From the human T2T-CHM13v2.0 reference genome, Homo sapiens, in NCBI RefSeq assembly GCF_009914755.1, contig NC_060930.1: a stretch of DNA of 64,000 nucleotides; one strand, 5' to 3'. The stretch's first letter is position 1, and each line of letters starts with the position of its first letter. Shown in pieces: positions 14,129 to 29,066 of this stretch. The notes beneath the pieces were generated by a model, which did no database searches, had not been told where the DNA came from, and was given only the letters and a program-made list of their open reading frames with translations. The translations under genes and the position numbers were made by a program.

Positions 14129-17100
14129 TTAGCTCCCATATAACAGTAGGAACATATGATGTTTGTTTTTCCATTCCTGAGTTACTTCACTTAGAATAAT
14201 AGTCTCCAATCTCATCCAGGTCACTGCGAATGCCGTTAATTCTCTTCTTTTTATAGCTGAGTAGTAATCCCTAGTATATATATACTACAGAATCTTTATC
14301 CACTCATTGATTGATGGGCATTTGGGTTGGTTCCACGATTTTGCAATTGTGAATTGTGCCACTATAAACATGCGTGTGCAAGTATCTTTTTTGTATAATG
14401 ACTTATTTTCCTCTGAGTAGATACCCAGTAGTGGGATTGCTGGATCAAATGGTAGTTCTACTTTTGGTTCTTTAAGGAATCTCCACGCTCTTTTCCATAG
14501 CGGTTGTACTAGTTTACATTCCCATCAGCAATGTAGAAGTGTTCCCTGATCACCACATCCACGTCAACATCTACTGTTTTTTGATTTTTTGATTATGGCC
14601 GTTTTTACAGGAGTAAGGTGGTATGGCATTGCGGTTTTGATTTGCATTGCCCTGATCATTAGTGATGTTGAGCATTTTTTTTTGAATGTTTCTTGGCCAT
14701 TTGTATATCTTCTTTTGAGAATTGTCTATTCATGTCCTTAGCCCACTTTCTGAAGGGATTTTTTAAAATTGCTGATTTGTTTGAGTTAATTGTAGATTTT
14801 GGATATTAGTCTTTTGTCAGATGTATAGATTGTGAGGATTTTCTCCCATTCTGTGGGTTGTCTGTTTACTCTGCTGACTGTTCTTTTTGCGGTGCAAAAG
14901 CTCTTTAGTTTAATTAGGTCCCGGCTATTTATCTTTGTTTTTATTGAATTTGCTTTTGGGTTCTTGGTCATGAAATCCTTGCCTAAGCCAATGTCTAGAA
15001 GGGTTTTTCCAGTGTTATCCTCTAGAATTTTTAGAGTTTCAGGTCTGAAAGTCCTTAATCCATCTAGAGTTGATTTTTGTATAAGGTGAGAAATGAGAAT
15101 CCAGTTTCATTCTCCTACATTCGGCTAGCCAATTATCCCAGCACCATTTGTTCAAAAGGGTGTTCTTTCCCCACTTTATGTTTTCATTTGCTTTGTTGAA
15201 GATCAGTTGACTGTAAGTATTTGGGTTTATTTCTGGGTTATCTATTCTGTTCCATTGGTCTATGTGCCTATTTTTATACCAGTACCATGCTGTTTTGGTG
15301 ACTGTGGCCTTATAATACAGTTTGAAATCTGGTAGTGTGATGCCTCCAGATTTGTTCTTTTTGCTTAGTCTTGCTTTGGCTATGCAGGCTTTTTTTGGGT
15401 TCCGTATGAGTTTTAGAATTGTGTCTTCAAGTTCTGTGAAGAATGGTGGTATTTTAATGGGGATTGCATTGAATTTGTAGATTGCTTTTGGCAGTCATTT
15501 TCACAATATTGAATCTACCCATGCATGAGCATGGGATGTGTTTCCATTTGTGTCGTCTATGATTTCTTTCAGCAGTGTTTTGTAGTTTTCCTTGTACAGA
15601 TTCTTTCACCTCCTTGGTTAGGTATATTCCTAAGCATTTTATTTCATCTTTTGCAGCTATCATAAAAGAGGTTGAGTTCTTGATTTGATTCTCAGCTTGG
15701 TCACTGTTGGTGTATAGAAGAGCTACTGATTTGTGTACATTAATCTTGTATCCGAAACTTTGCTGAATTCTTTTATCAGTTCTAGGAGCTTTCTGGAGGA
15801 GTCTTTAGGGTTTTTGAGGTAAACAATCATATTGTCAGCAAACAGCGACAATTTCACTTCCTCTTCGTCAATTTGGATGCCCTTTATTTCTTTCTCTTGT
15901 CTGTTTGCTCTAGCTAGGATTTCCACTACTATGTTGAAGAGGAGTGGTGAGAATGGCCATCCTTGTCTTGTTTCAGTTCTCAGAGGGAATCCTTTCAACT
16001 TTTCCCCATTCAGTATTATGTTGCCTGTGGGTTTGTCATATATGGCTTTTATTATATTGAGGTATGTCCCTTGAATGATGATTTTGCTGAGAGTTTTTAT
16101 CATAAAGGGATACTGGATTTTGTCAAATGCTTTTTCTGCATCTGTTGAGATGATCATATGATTTTTGTTTTTAATTCTGTTTATGTGGTGTATCACATTT
16201 ATTGACTCGTGTATGTTAAACCATCCCTGCATCCCTGGTATGAAACCCACTTGATCATGGTGAATTATCTTTTTGATATGTTGTTGGATTCAGTTAGCTA
16301 GTATTTTGTTAAGGATTTTAGCATCTATGTTCGTCAGGGATATTGGTCTGTAGTTTTCTGGTTATGTCCTTTCCTGGTTTTGGTATTAAAGTAATGCTGA
16401 CTTCATAGAATGAATTAGGGATGGCTCTTTCTTTCTCTATTTTGTGGAATAGTGTCAATAGGATTGCTACCAATTCTTCTTTGAATGTCTGGTAGAATTC
16501 TGCTGTGAATCTGTCTGGTCCTGGACTTGTTTCTGTTGGTAATTTTTAAATTACCATTTCAATCTCACTGCTTGTTATTGGTCTGTTCGGGGTATCTAAT
16601 TCTTCTTGATTTAAGCTAGGAGGTTTGTATCTTTCCAGGAATTTATCCATCTCTTCTAAGTTTTCTACTTTATGTGCATAAAGGTGTTCATAGTAGGCTT
16701 GAATGATCTTTTGTATTTCTGCAGTGTCAGTTGTAATATCTCCCATTTCATTTCTTATTGAGGTTATTTGGATTTTTTCTCTTCTTTTGTTGGTTAATCT
16801 TGCTAATCGTCTATCAGCTTTATTTATCTTTTCAAGGAGCCAGCTTTTTGTTTCACTTATCTTTTGTATTTTTTTGTTGTTGTTTCAATTTCATTTAGTT
16901 CTGCTCTGATCTTGGTTATTTCCTTTCTTCTGCTGGGGTTGGGTTGGGTTTGTTCTTGTTTCTCTAGTTCCTTGAGATGTGACCTTAGAATGTCAGTTTG
17001 TGTTCTTTCAGTCTTTTTGATGTGGATGTTTAGGGATATGAACTTTCCTCTTAGCACCGCCTTTGCTGTATCCCAGAGGTTTTGATAGGTTGTGTCACTA

Positions 17101-17921
17101 TTGTCGTTCCGTTCAAATAATTTTTTGATTTCCATCCGATTTCGTTTTTGACCCAATGATCATTCAGGAGTAGGTTATTTAATATCCATGTCTTTGCATG
17201 GTTTCAAATGTTCCTTTTGGAGTCTATTTCCAGTTTTACTCCACTCTGGTCTGACAGAGTGCTTGATATAATTTCAGTTTTCTTATATTTATGGAGGCTT
17301 GTTTATGACATATCATATGGTCTATCTTGGAGAAAGTTCCATGCACTGTTGAATAGAATATGTATTTTGTGGTTGTTGGATGGAATGTTCTGTGTATATC
17401 TGTTAAGTTCATTTGTTCCAAGGTATAGTTTAAATCCATTGCTTCTTTGTTGACTTTCCATCTTGATGATCTGTCTAGTGCTCTCAGTGGAGTATCGAAG
17501 TCCCCCAGTATTATTGTGTTGCTATCTATCTCATTTCTTAGGTCTATTAGTAGTTGTTTTATAAATTTGGGAGCTCCAGTGTTAGATGCATATATATTTT
17601 CCTGATGGACAAGGTCTTTTACCATTATATACTATCCCTCTTTGTCTTTTTTAACTGCTGTTGCTTTAAAGTTTGTTTTGTCTGATATAAAAATAGCTAC
17701 CCCTACTCACTTTTGGTGTCCATTTGCATGAAATGTCTTTTTCCACCCCTTACTTTAAGTTTATGTGAGTCCTTATGTGTTAGGTGAGTCTCTTGAAGGC
17801 AACAGATAGTTGGTTGGTGAATTCTTATCCATTCTGCAGTTCTGTATCTTTTAAGTGGAGCATTGAGGCCATTTACATTCAATGTTAGTATTGAAATGTG
17901 AGGTACCATTGCATTCATCAT
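14129..17921 (-). pseudogene. Disrupted L1 ORF2 (endonuclease/reverse transcriptase)
   Basis: Fragments ISILTLNVNGLNAPLKR..CCLQETH (EN), [21 protein letters not shown]...[14 protein letters not shown]...LFADNMIVY (RT), split by frameshifts and stops. Confidence 0.93.
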
Positions 17922-17989
17922 GCTCTTTGTTGACTGTGTACCTTGGTTTTTTGTTTTTAAATTGCATTTTTATTTTATAGGTCCTGTGT

Positions 17990-19012
17990 TATGCTTTAAA
18001 GAGGTTTCTGTTTTGATGTGTTTCCAGGAATTGTTTCAAGATTTAGGGCTCCTTTTAGCAGTTCTTGTAGTGGTGGCTTGGTAGTGGCAAATTCTCTCAT
18101 CATTTGTTTGTCTGAGAAAGACTGTATCTTTCCTTCATATGTGATGCTTAGTTTCACTGGATACAAAATTCTTGGCTGATAATTGTTTTGTTTGAGGAAG
18201 CTAAAGATAGGGCCCCAATCCCTTCTAGTTTGTAGGGTTTCTGCTGAGAGATATATCTGCTGTTAATCTGATAGGTTTTCCTGTATAGATTACCTGGTGC
18301 TTTTGTCTCACAGCTCTTAAGATTATTTCCTTTGTCTTAACTTTAGATAACCTGATGACAATGTGCCTAGGTGATGGTCTTTTTGCAATGAATTTCCCAG
18401 TTGTTCTTTGTGCTTCTTGTATTTGCATGTCTAGGTCTGTAGCAAGGCTGGGGAAGTTTTCCTCTATTATTCCCCCAAATATGTTTTCCAAACTTTTAGA
18501 ATTCTCTTCTTCCTCAGGAACATCAATTATTCTTAGGTTTGGTCATTCAACATAATCTCAGACTTCTTGGAGGCTTTGTTAATATTTTCTTATTCTGTTT
18601 CCTTTGTCTTTGTTGGATTGGGTTAATTTGAAGACCTTGTCTTTGAACTCTGAATTTCTTTCTTCTACTGTTCAATTCTATTGCTGAGACTTTCCAGAGC
18701 ATTTTACATTTCTATAAGTGTGTCCAGTGTTTCCTGCAGTTTTGATTGTTTTTTCTTTATGCTATCTATTTCCTTGATTATTTCTCCCTTCGCTTCTTCT
18801 ATTGTTTTTTGGATTTCCTTGCACTGGGGTTTGGCTTTCTCTGGTGCCTCTGATTAGCTGAATAACTAGCCTTCTGAACTCTTTTTTCAGGTAAATCAGG
18901 GATTTCTTCTCAGTTTAGATCCATTGCTGGTGAGCTAGTATGATTTTTTTGGGGGTGTTAAAGAGCCTTGTTTTGTCATATTATCAGATTTGGTTTTCTG
19001 GTTCCTTCTCAT
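17990..19012 (-). pseudogene. Disrupted L1 ORF1
   Basis: ENIFGGIIEENFPSLA...IQEAQRT...SPRHIVIRLSKVKTKE (ORF 18225..18491). Confidence 0.88.
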
Positions 19013-20472
19013 TTGGGTAGCCTCTGTCAGAGGGAAGTTCTATGGCTGAAGGCTGTTGTTCGTATTCTTTTATCCCACGAGGTGTTCCCTTGATGTAGTA
19101 CTCTCTCCCTTTTCCTATGGATGTGGCTTCTTGAGAGCCGAACTGTAGTAATGGTTATCTCTCTTCCAGGTCTAGCCACTCAGCAAGTCTACCAGGCTGT
19201 GAGCTGGTATTGCGGGTTGTTGGCACTGAGTTCTGTGGTGTGAACTGTCTGTGTGTCTCTCCGCCATGGACACCTGCACCTGTTATGGGGGAGGTGGTAG
19301 AGGGGTGAAACGGATCCCTGGTTCTTAGCTTTGGTGGTTTAATGCTCTATTTTTGTGCTGGTTGGCCTTCTGCCGGGAGGTGGCGCTTTACAGACAGCAT
19401 CAGCTATGGTAGTGTGGAGAGGGACTGGCAGTGGGCGGGGTCCTAGAGCTCCCAAGAATATATGCCCTTTGTCTTCAGCTACTAGGGAGGGTAGGGAAGG
19501 ACCATCAGGTGGGGGCAGGGCTAGGCCTGATCTGAGCTCAGACCCTCCTTGGATAGGTCTTGCTGTGGCTGCTGTGAGGGGATGGGAGTGAGGTTCCCAG
19601 GTCAATGGAATTGTGTACCTAGGAGGATTACGGCTCCCTCTGCGGAGTCATGCAGGTTGTCAGGGAAGTGGGAGAAAGCCAACAGTCACCAGCCTCACCC
19701 AGCTCCTGCGCAATCCAAAGGGGTGGTCTCACGCCCACTGTGTCCCCGCTAACAACTCTGAGTCTGTTTCCAGGCAGGGGGTAAGCAGGGCTGAGAACTT
19801 GCCGCAGTCTGCCCACCTCCCAGTGGCAAAAGAAAAGGGCTTTAGTTCTTCCCCAGCCTGTGGAGTCTGCACGCAGGATTCGCACCCTCCCCCGTGTTAT
19901 GGCCAGGAGGCTTCTTGACCGGTTCAAATTGTTACAAAGTTCAGCTGGAGACTTCCTTCTTCCTGTGGTGTTTCCGCCGTGCCTCTGGCCACCCTCCTGA
20001 AGGATCCTTGTGATGCCAGGCAGGAGTGGCCTGCTTGGGGACCCAGCGAGCTCCCCAGGCCTTTCCAGCTGCTTCCTCTATCCCTGTGTTTTGCTTGTCT
20101 ATCTAAATTGACTCAGCTCCAGATAAGGTCAGAATCTTCTCCTGCAAACTAGAACTTCAGTTTCCCCATAGGAGGTGTGCGTTCCAGGGCGGAGGATCTC
20201 CCTTTCCCACTTCCGCAGTTGGGGCACTCACATAATTTGGGGTGTCTCCTGGGTCCAGCAGGAGCAGTCCGCTTCCTTCAGAGGGTCTGTGGGTCCTCCT
20301 GGGATTCCTGGTTTATTCCTGCAGTTGTTCTGGAGCTGAAATTCACAATGTGAGCCTCTGCACGCTGTTCTGTGCGTCCGAGTCGAAGCTGCCATCTAGT
20401 TTTGCCTCCCATCCGTGATGATGATCTATGATCTCTACAAGGATACATTTGCTAGAAATATTTGTTCTCTCT

Positions 20473-21168
<696 letters not shown>

Positions 21169-21470
21169 TTGGAGAGGTAATTTTTAACAAGGCCATCTTT
21201 TCTCTAACAGAGGAGCACTAAGAAGTCAGATTTCATCCTGGCATGTGACTGTCACACAAGCAAATGACTGTGCTGATTAGAAAGCTTGTGTAGCTCAGAA
21301 ATATCACATAATATGCAGTCTCCGTTGAGCAACATTGCAGCTTATGTTCATTAGGTAAAACCATAGTAATCTGAAAATATTTTAGGTATATCTGCCATTA
21401 TTTTATGACTAAACAAGGAGATGATTTTAGTATTGATTACTTTCATGCACATATTTTAAAAACTCCTGAT

Positions 21471-21710
<240 letters not shown>

Positions 21711-22036
21711 TGTCCTAACTTTTTTGCATAGTGAAAGGTTTGTTCAGGTTGTAGTATGAGTTGCAGTCATCCTGTTTTTGGCATGGGAGGGAGATGTTTC
21801 TAAACTAGCCAGTTATAGGTGTCACCTACCAATGTTCTACAAAATGTGGACCAGGCAGAGAGAATTACAGATGCTGGGTGGAAACTTTGGTTCTGGGCCT
21901 GATTCTGCCCCTAACTTGGCATGAAGCCTCAGTTTCTTCTTACTACAGCAGGAAAAATAATACTTGCTTTATCTGTTTCATGTGTCTGCTATGATGATAA
22001 CAAATATAATGTATATGAGACAATTTAAAAACTTAA

Positions 22037-22849
<813 letters not shown>

Positions 22850-23392
22850 TGATGCATAGTCAAGGGTTTGATAAGTGTCTGCTCTGTGCTGACAGTTTCA
22901 GGAGCAGTACAGAAACTCCTATTTTGTACTCCAAATAATCCACAAGAATTAATTGGATCACCTCGAAGGAGGAAAGAGAAGCTCAAAGAGATCAGGTAAG
23001 TTGCACAAGCTCTGAATCCCAGCACACCGTGAAAACGGGCTTCAAATCTGGTCTTTCTGATTCCAAAGTCTATAGTCTTACCTGTGATTCACTTTCCTGA
23101 TTTGTTAAAAAAAAAAAAAAAAAAAAGGATGCTTCATTTGCTTAAGTAAAATTCCAGGGAATTTTCAGCAGAAGTTTTAAATGTTGGTAGAGAATTTTCT
23201 TGAGGCAAAACTGATAATCATAAAGCTTGTCTGGCTACCAAAATTGATCTGGTAGTCAAAACTTCTTGGTAAAGTTATCAGTATAGAGACCCAAGAGAAA
23301 CAAATAAGAAGAATCTGCTACTAAATTTTGGCGGAGTTGAGAAATTTTTTAATTTGAGCTTTCACTCTAAGAGATAAGAGTCTGTGACCAAT

Positions 23393-23805
23393 TGTATTGT
23401 GTGTTTTGCATTGCTATGAAGGAATGCCTGAGGCTGGGTAGTTTATAAAGAAAAGAGGTGTATTTGGCTCAGAGTTCTGCAGCCTATACAAGCAGGGCAG
23501 CAGCTTCTGCTTGGCTTCTGGGGAGGCTTCAGGAAGCTTTTGCTCATGGCAGAAGGCAAAGAGGGAGCAGGCATGTCACATGAGAGGGAGCAAGAGTGGG
23601 GGAGGAGGTGCCAGGCTCCTTTAAGCAACCAGCTCTTGCATGAACTAATAGAGTGAGAACTGAATCATTACCATGAGGAGGACACCAACTCATTCATGAG
23701 AGATCCGCCCCCATGACCCAAACACCTCCCACCAGGCCCCACCTCCAACACTGGGGATGACATGTCAACACAAGATTTGGACGGGACAAATATTCCAACT
23801 ATTCA
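23393..23805 (-). mobile_element. MSTA-type solo LTR
   Basis: Antisense MST sequence, TG..CA ends, TSD ccaat/cccat. Confidence 0.9.
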
Positions 23806-23884
23806 CCCATGTTCCCTAACTTGAAGGGAGTTCACATTAGGACAAGTTCACTGAAATCTTTGTTTTGGAATGGGGATGGATAAG

Positions 23885-24800
23885 ACATCATTTATTAAGT
23901 TATGGTTTTTAGTTTCTGGCTTTGGCTAACTCAAACAAAAAGGGAATATTTCAGACTGGTGCTTGGTAAATCATAGAATGACAAACAATTGGAAGACCAG
24001 GTTAAAATGAACTTGGAGGACATTAAGTGAATTAAGCCAGGCACAGAAAGACAAATACTGCAAATTCTCACTTATATGTGGAATCTAAAAAAAGTTGAGC
24101 TTATACAAACAGAGAGTAGAATGGTGGTCACCAGAGGCTGGGGAAGGAGGAGTTGAGGAGATATCGGTCAAAGCATACAAAATTTCAGTTAGGCAGGAGG
24201 AATAAATTCAAGAGATCTATTGTACAACATGGTGACTGTAGTTAATAACATTGTGACTGTATTGAATTCTTGAAAGTTGCTAAGAGAGTAGATTTTAAGT
24301 GTTCTCACTTAAAAAAATAAGTATGTGAGATAATGCGTATGTTAGTTAGCTCTATTTAGCCATTTCACAATGTGTATGTAGTCCAAAATCATGTTGTACA
24401 TGATTCATAAATACATTTTTATTTGTCAATTAAAAATACCCTGGAATTTGGGCAACAAAAGCTATCTGCCCAGGTGGGAACAAATCGCCTCTGAGCATCT
24501 TTCCTTCATTGCATCTCTAATCAAGATAGAAAGTCCCTGGAGAGAGGGTCTGATTGGACAAGCTTGAGTCCGATCCCTATACTTTGGCTATGAGAGGAAT
24601 ATTCTTGCTGAAGTCGTCTGTGATAGACCCTGTGGATGCATTTGGCTTGGAAATACGAAAGCGCCTTGATTTAGAATCCCCTCAAGTCTGTCTGTTCACA
24701 GTGGGATAATTTTTATTCTCTTCCTCTCCAGAAGGAATCAAGGGGTGTCATAAAGGAGGTATGTCTGCTAAGCAGAACTACCTCCCCTCCCCAAAGAAAG
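23885..24800 (-). mobile_element. Old MLT1 (L/M/N-like) LTR split by an L1MA
   Basis: ctaactcaaacaaaagggaatattt...; gtccctggagagagggtctgattggacaagctt. Confidence 0.45.
24005..24437 (+). mobile_element. L1MA7/8-like 3' end
   Basis: aagccaggcacagaaagacaaatactg...ttgctaagagagtagattttaagtgttctcac...tttgtcaattaaaaa. Confidence 0.9.
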
Positions 24801-24819
24801 TCTGTTACCATGTATACTT

Positions 24820-24998
24820 TTAAACATTTTATTTTAAAATAAAATTAGACTCACAAGAAGTTACAAAAACAGTACAGAATTGCCATGTAACTTTTACCCA
24901 GCTCCCCACAATGATACCATCTTATATAACTCTAGTACATTATTAAAATATGGACATTGACACCGGTAAAATACTATTAACAGAACCACATACTTTAT
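24820..24998 (-). mobile_element. L1MC4/5-like 3' end
   Basis: ttagactcacaagaagttacaaaaacagtacaga...acattgaca...atactattaac. Confidence 0.7.
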
Positions 24999-25009
24999 TC
25001 TGCTTTTGC

Positions 25010-25315
25010 TTTTTATTTTATTTTATTATTTTATTATTTTTTGAGACAGAATCTCGCTCTGTCACCCAAGCTGGAGTGCAGTGGTGCCATTGCAACCTCT
25101 ACCTCCTGGGTTCAAGCAATTCTCCTATCTCAGCCTCCCATGTAGCTGGGATTATAGGTGCCCACCACCATGCCTGGCTGATTTCTGTATTTTTAGTAGA
25201 GATGGGGTGTCACCATGTTGGCCAGGCTGGTCTCGAACGCCTGACCTCAAGTGATCTGCCCGCCTCTGCCTCCCAAAGTGCTAGGATTACAGGTGTGAGA
25301 CACCACGCCCAGCCT
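25010..25315 (-). mobile_element. AluSx/Sz
   Basis: Alu dimer with a small deletion in the right arm. Confidence 0.93.
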
Positions 25316-26389
25316 GTTTGGCATTTTTTTAATACGTGCTCTATAATATTGATTTTTGTGTAAACATGTGTTTGTATATATCTATAACGAGAACTCAAGT
25401 CATACTGTAATCCTATTTTGTAAACTGACTTTTTTCCTTTATCAGTATATCAAGATTATTTTCCCACATCATTTGACATTTTTTCTACAGTGTAATTTAA
25501 TGGCTACATTGTTTTCTATCCTATGAATATATCAAACCTATTTCTTAAAAACCCTACTCAGGGATTTTAAAAAATAAAAACGATGTTTTAATATTATAAA
25601 GATTCAGTGAGGTATATTCTTATACGTACACATTTCTAAGGTTTGAGTTCTTACAAGATGCTGAACTAGCTAAGACTACTGGTTCTCATCTGTCACATAG
25701 GGAAAAATTATAGAAGGAAAACATCAAGATTTGGAAAAATCTGTGAGAATTGTTTTGCATTAGTGTGTAGGTGTGTGTGTTGGGGTGGTGGCTGCAGCTT
25801 GGGGCAGAGGCCTCAGGTGTGGCTGTGGAGTGATCAGATAGAGTTTTTGGAGTTCGGCTTTTGCCCCAGGACACTTGGTGCCTGCCCCCAGAGCTGCAGC
25901 CCAGAAGGCCGTTCTCAGAGGTGAAGTCCAGGCAGTGAGGAGCTGTCTGCCAGTAGGCAGTTGAAGAAAAAAAATGAGCTAGAGGAAAAAAACAAAAAAA
26001 CAAAATCTCCTTCTAATGCTGCCAGGCTGCCGGGAGCTGGAAATGAAGCACTGACAGGAGTGGGTATTTCATGGTGAAGGGAATAATCAACTGGTTTTTT
26101 TGGTACCCAAGACTTTCCACCTTCACACACACACATGAGATGCTTTGAAATAAAGATAGTCACTTGACTTAGTAAAGTTTGTTGACATAAAAATATGAGA
26201 AATACCAAAGAATACAAAAAGGAAAACTTCGTTAATATTATTCAGACTTAAAATTCCAGATTGTATCAACATTAAGGGGGTTGATGAAAACATGGGAGAA
26301 AGCCAAGGGACGTGAGATCGGGCTCAATTCTTGACTTGCTGGGGGAAGGTATCAACACAGAACTTTTAAGAATTAGAAGGCATTAAAAA

Positions 26390-27130
26390 GAAATAGAAAT
26401 CCTGAATCAAATTGAAACAGTAAAATAAAATAGTCCAAAGATGTGTAAATATATCACTATCACAATAACTATAAATAGGTTAAATTTGCCAGTTGAAAGA
26501 AAGGAACTATTAAATGAGATTTTAAAAATTTGGATATATGCTTTTCATGTGAACATACCTAAAGCATATACACAAAACCAGAAAATAAAAAGATGGAAAT
26601 ATCCACAGAGTGACAAAGGAAAGCTGGTGCATTTGTATTAGTATCAGATAAAGCTCACATTTAGATAAAAAACATTATAGTAATAGAGAAAGTCACAAGG
26701 TTAAAGTTTCAATTCACCAAGAAATATCCATTCTAAACATGTATACATACCCAATTAAGCTGCCTCAAAATATATATGACAAAAATTGGGAGAACTATAA
26801 AGTCAGATATAAGGATTGAAAAGAAAGAAATGAAACTAATTATTTTCAGATGATATACACGTTTACATGAAAAAACTCCAAAGAATCTTCAGGCAAATTA
26901 TTAGAAATTGTAGGAGAGCTCCGCAAGAGGGCTGGATATAAAATTAATATACAAAAGTCAATGTCATTTCACTATACCAGAAAAAAGACAATAACATTAG
27001 AAAATAAATCTAACATAAGATGTAGAAAAACTTCTTAGAGGAAAAATTTTCTTGGGAAATATTAAAGAAGATCTAAATAAGTAGAATTACATAATATTCA
27101 TGCATAAGAAGGCAACATTTTGAAGACGTC
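26390..27130 (+). mobile_element. Ancient L1M ORF2 remnant with a large internal deletion
   Basis: ORF 26441..26641 (YITITITINRLNLPVERKEL) resembles the EN N-terminus; about 26815-26975 resembles the RT segment KLSLFADD...GYKINIQKS. Confidence 0.7.
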
Positions 27131-27599
27131 TTGTTATACATAGGCCTAGGAATAATATAGTTTTAAGCTATATTATTTTGAACTGTAGATGAAGAAAAGC
27201 TCTTTTTTTCCTTGAGTATTTTAAGATTTTGAATAAAGTCATATTGCTCTAGGAATATTTTATACTTCTGCCAGCAGTGTTTGAGAATGCCTACTTCCTA
27301 CATTATCACCACCATAAATGTTTAAAACCTGATAGCACACAGTTTAAAAAATTTGTAATTCTCCAATTAACAGTGACCTTTAAAAATTATGTTTACTGAT
27401 CTCTATTATTTTGTCCTTTGTAAATCTTTTATTAGTTTTTATGTTCACATGTTCCGTTTTAAAATAGACTTTTAAGAGCTCTTTGTATTAAGAATATTAA
27501 GGCTTTGTCCATATAATTAGTATTTTTCAGAATACCCTTTCTAGGTACAGTTTTTCAGTTCCAGTGCACAGAATGGAAACTTGCTACCTGCTACACCAC

Positions 27600-27870
27600 A
27601 TTTTCACTAGTATGTGATGTATTCATCACAAACAACAGTATTGGCCAACATTTTCCCTCACTGTGAAGTGCACATTTGACATCCTTTAGAAAAATTACTG
27701 ACGGTTTTGAGACGATTGTTCTGTGCTTTCTTTCAGTCAGCATAATTTTCCCGAAAGCAGAGATGACTCTTCCAGACTTGCTACCAATGCTTGAACAAAC
27801 TGTGTAAGCTTAGTCCAAAAAAAATATTTGATTAATAGATTTTATTTTGGTAGATTCTAAGGTTCCAAGC
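27600..27870 (+). promoter_or_regulatory. ESR1: ESR1 promoter E region
   Basis: Unique sequence immediately upstream of exon E2; position inferred from the exon. Confidence 0.6.
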
Positions 27871-27962
27871 AGTCAGAGAAATAATCGCAGAGCCTCAAAT
27901 ATCTCCAAAATCTGATACCAATCCTTTTGATTGTGAATTATATTCTGTAGCTACCAAAGAAG
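27871..27962 (+). other. ESR1: ESR1 distal untranslated first exon E2 (promoter E)
   Basis: agcctcaaatatctccaaaatctg...aattatattctgtagctaccaaagaag recalled as the ESR1 E-type 5'UTR; consensus donor AAG|GTAAGT at 27963; 33.8 kb from exon F. Confidence 0.85.
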
Positions 27963-28984
27963 GTAAGTTTTTATTTTTTCTACTCTATTAACTTTCCCTT
28001 GGACAACTGAATATTAAGATGACTATGTAAGGAGGTTATCAGACCAAGGCCTCACACATCAGGATAAAAGCACATGCCATAGAAAGAACATTTGTGTCTC
28101 AAAAGGTGATACCAAGACAAGGCTGTGGGATATATATGGGCACAATGGTTGATACCTTCAAAGACTTCATACATGGTGTGGAGGTTTTTGGAGATTTTAA
28201 TTTATAATGACAATCTTTCCAGTTAGGAGAATTTTTGGACTGTAAAGTTAGCCAAACAACTTTTCAATGATAATAAATGTCTATATCTTACACAGGGGGA
28301 ATACAGTTTTTGTTTGTTTTAGTTTTTTCTCTGTCTATTCATATAGGGGCATCATATGTCTTTATCATTAAAAACTGATTTAGATAGGCAGTTGTAGAGA
28401 AATTTAATGTGTGGGAATTTAAAGTTTTAAAAAGATGTAGCAAAATATAGATACATTTAAGACCCACTGCACCAATGAAAAAGGGAAATTAATTAAACTA
28501 GATAACTTTTATGGGTACTAACCATTAAAATTAAAATTTTAGTCATTGTAAATTACATTACATTATAATAGTTTTCAATCTATTGTTAAGTTAAATATTT
28601 TGGGTAACAATTGTATTTCACAGTTGTTCACACTTTGCATAATTTTCTAAGGAAAATGAGTCCCTTAGGGAGAAAATTGTTCTTAAATTTTATTGTTGGA
28701 TAATGTTGCTGTACTAACATGGTTTACTGAAGTGGATCTACCATGGGTGTTTAGGTTTTTGTTCTTTACAAAATGTATTGGGTGAAATTTTCCATATCAC
28801 TGGTGAACTTTTCATGCTAATTTTCCAGTCCCTTAGTTTAAATATTATGCATTTTTTCCTGCAAATCTATCTTGAATCTGAAAAGGCCCCAGAAGGAATT
28901 AGCGTGAGTCCAGAGTAGATGGACTGCAAATGTTACACATATTTCAATATGTATCCAGCTTTCAAAAATAGCTTATTGAAATCA

Positions 28985-29066
28985 AGGTTGAACCACATGA
29001 AATTTTGGGTTTTTTTGGATGTAAAAAATGGTTATATATTGGCATTTTCATATCATCCAATCTAAT
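28985..29066 (-). mobile_element. MADE2 (mariner-derived MITE)
   Basis: aggttgaaccacatgaaatt...ggcattttcatatcatccaatctaata, an ~80-bp element with degenerate TIRs. Confidence 0.75.

Larger units (their letters stand above)
13916..20425 (-). mobile_element. Full-length (~6.5 kb) inactive L1PB-type LINE-1
   Basis: L1PB1-like 3' UTR, ORF2 and ORF1 remnants, GC-richer 5' UTR at about 19050-20425; degenerate TSD cta(a/c)aaggatac(a)tttg at 13895 and 20435. Confidence 0.92.

Noticed and set aside
15723-16250. Reverse-transcriptase ORF as an active enzyme
   Set aside because: It is a fragment of a frameshifted L1PB ORF2 with the catalytic FADD changed to FADN.
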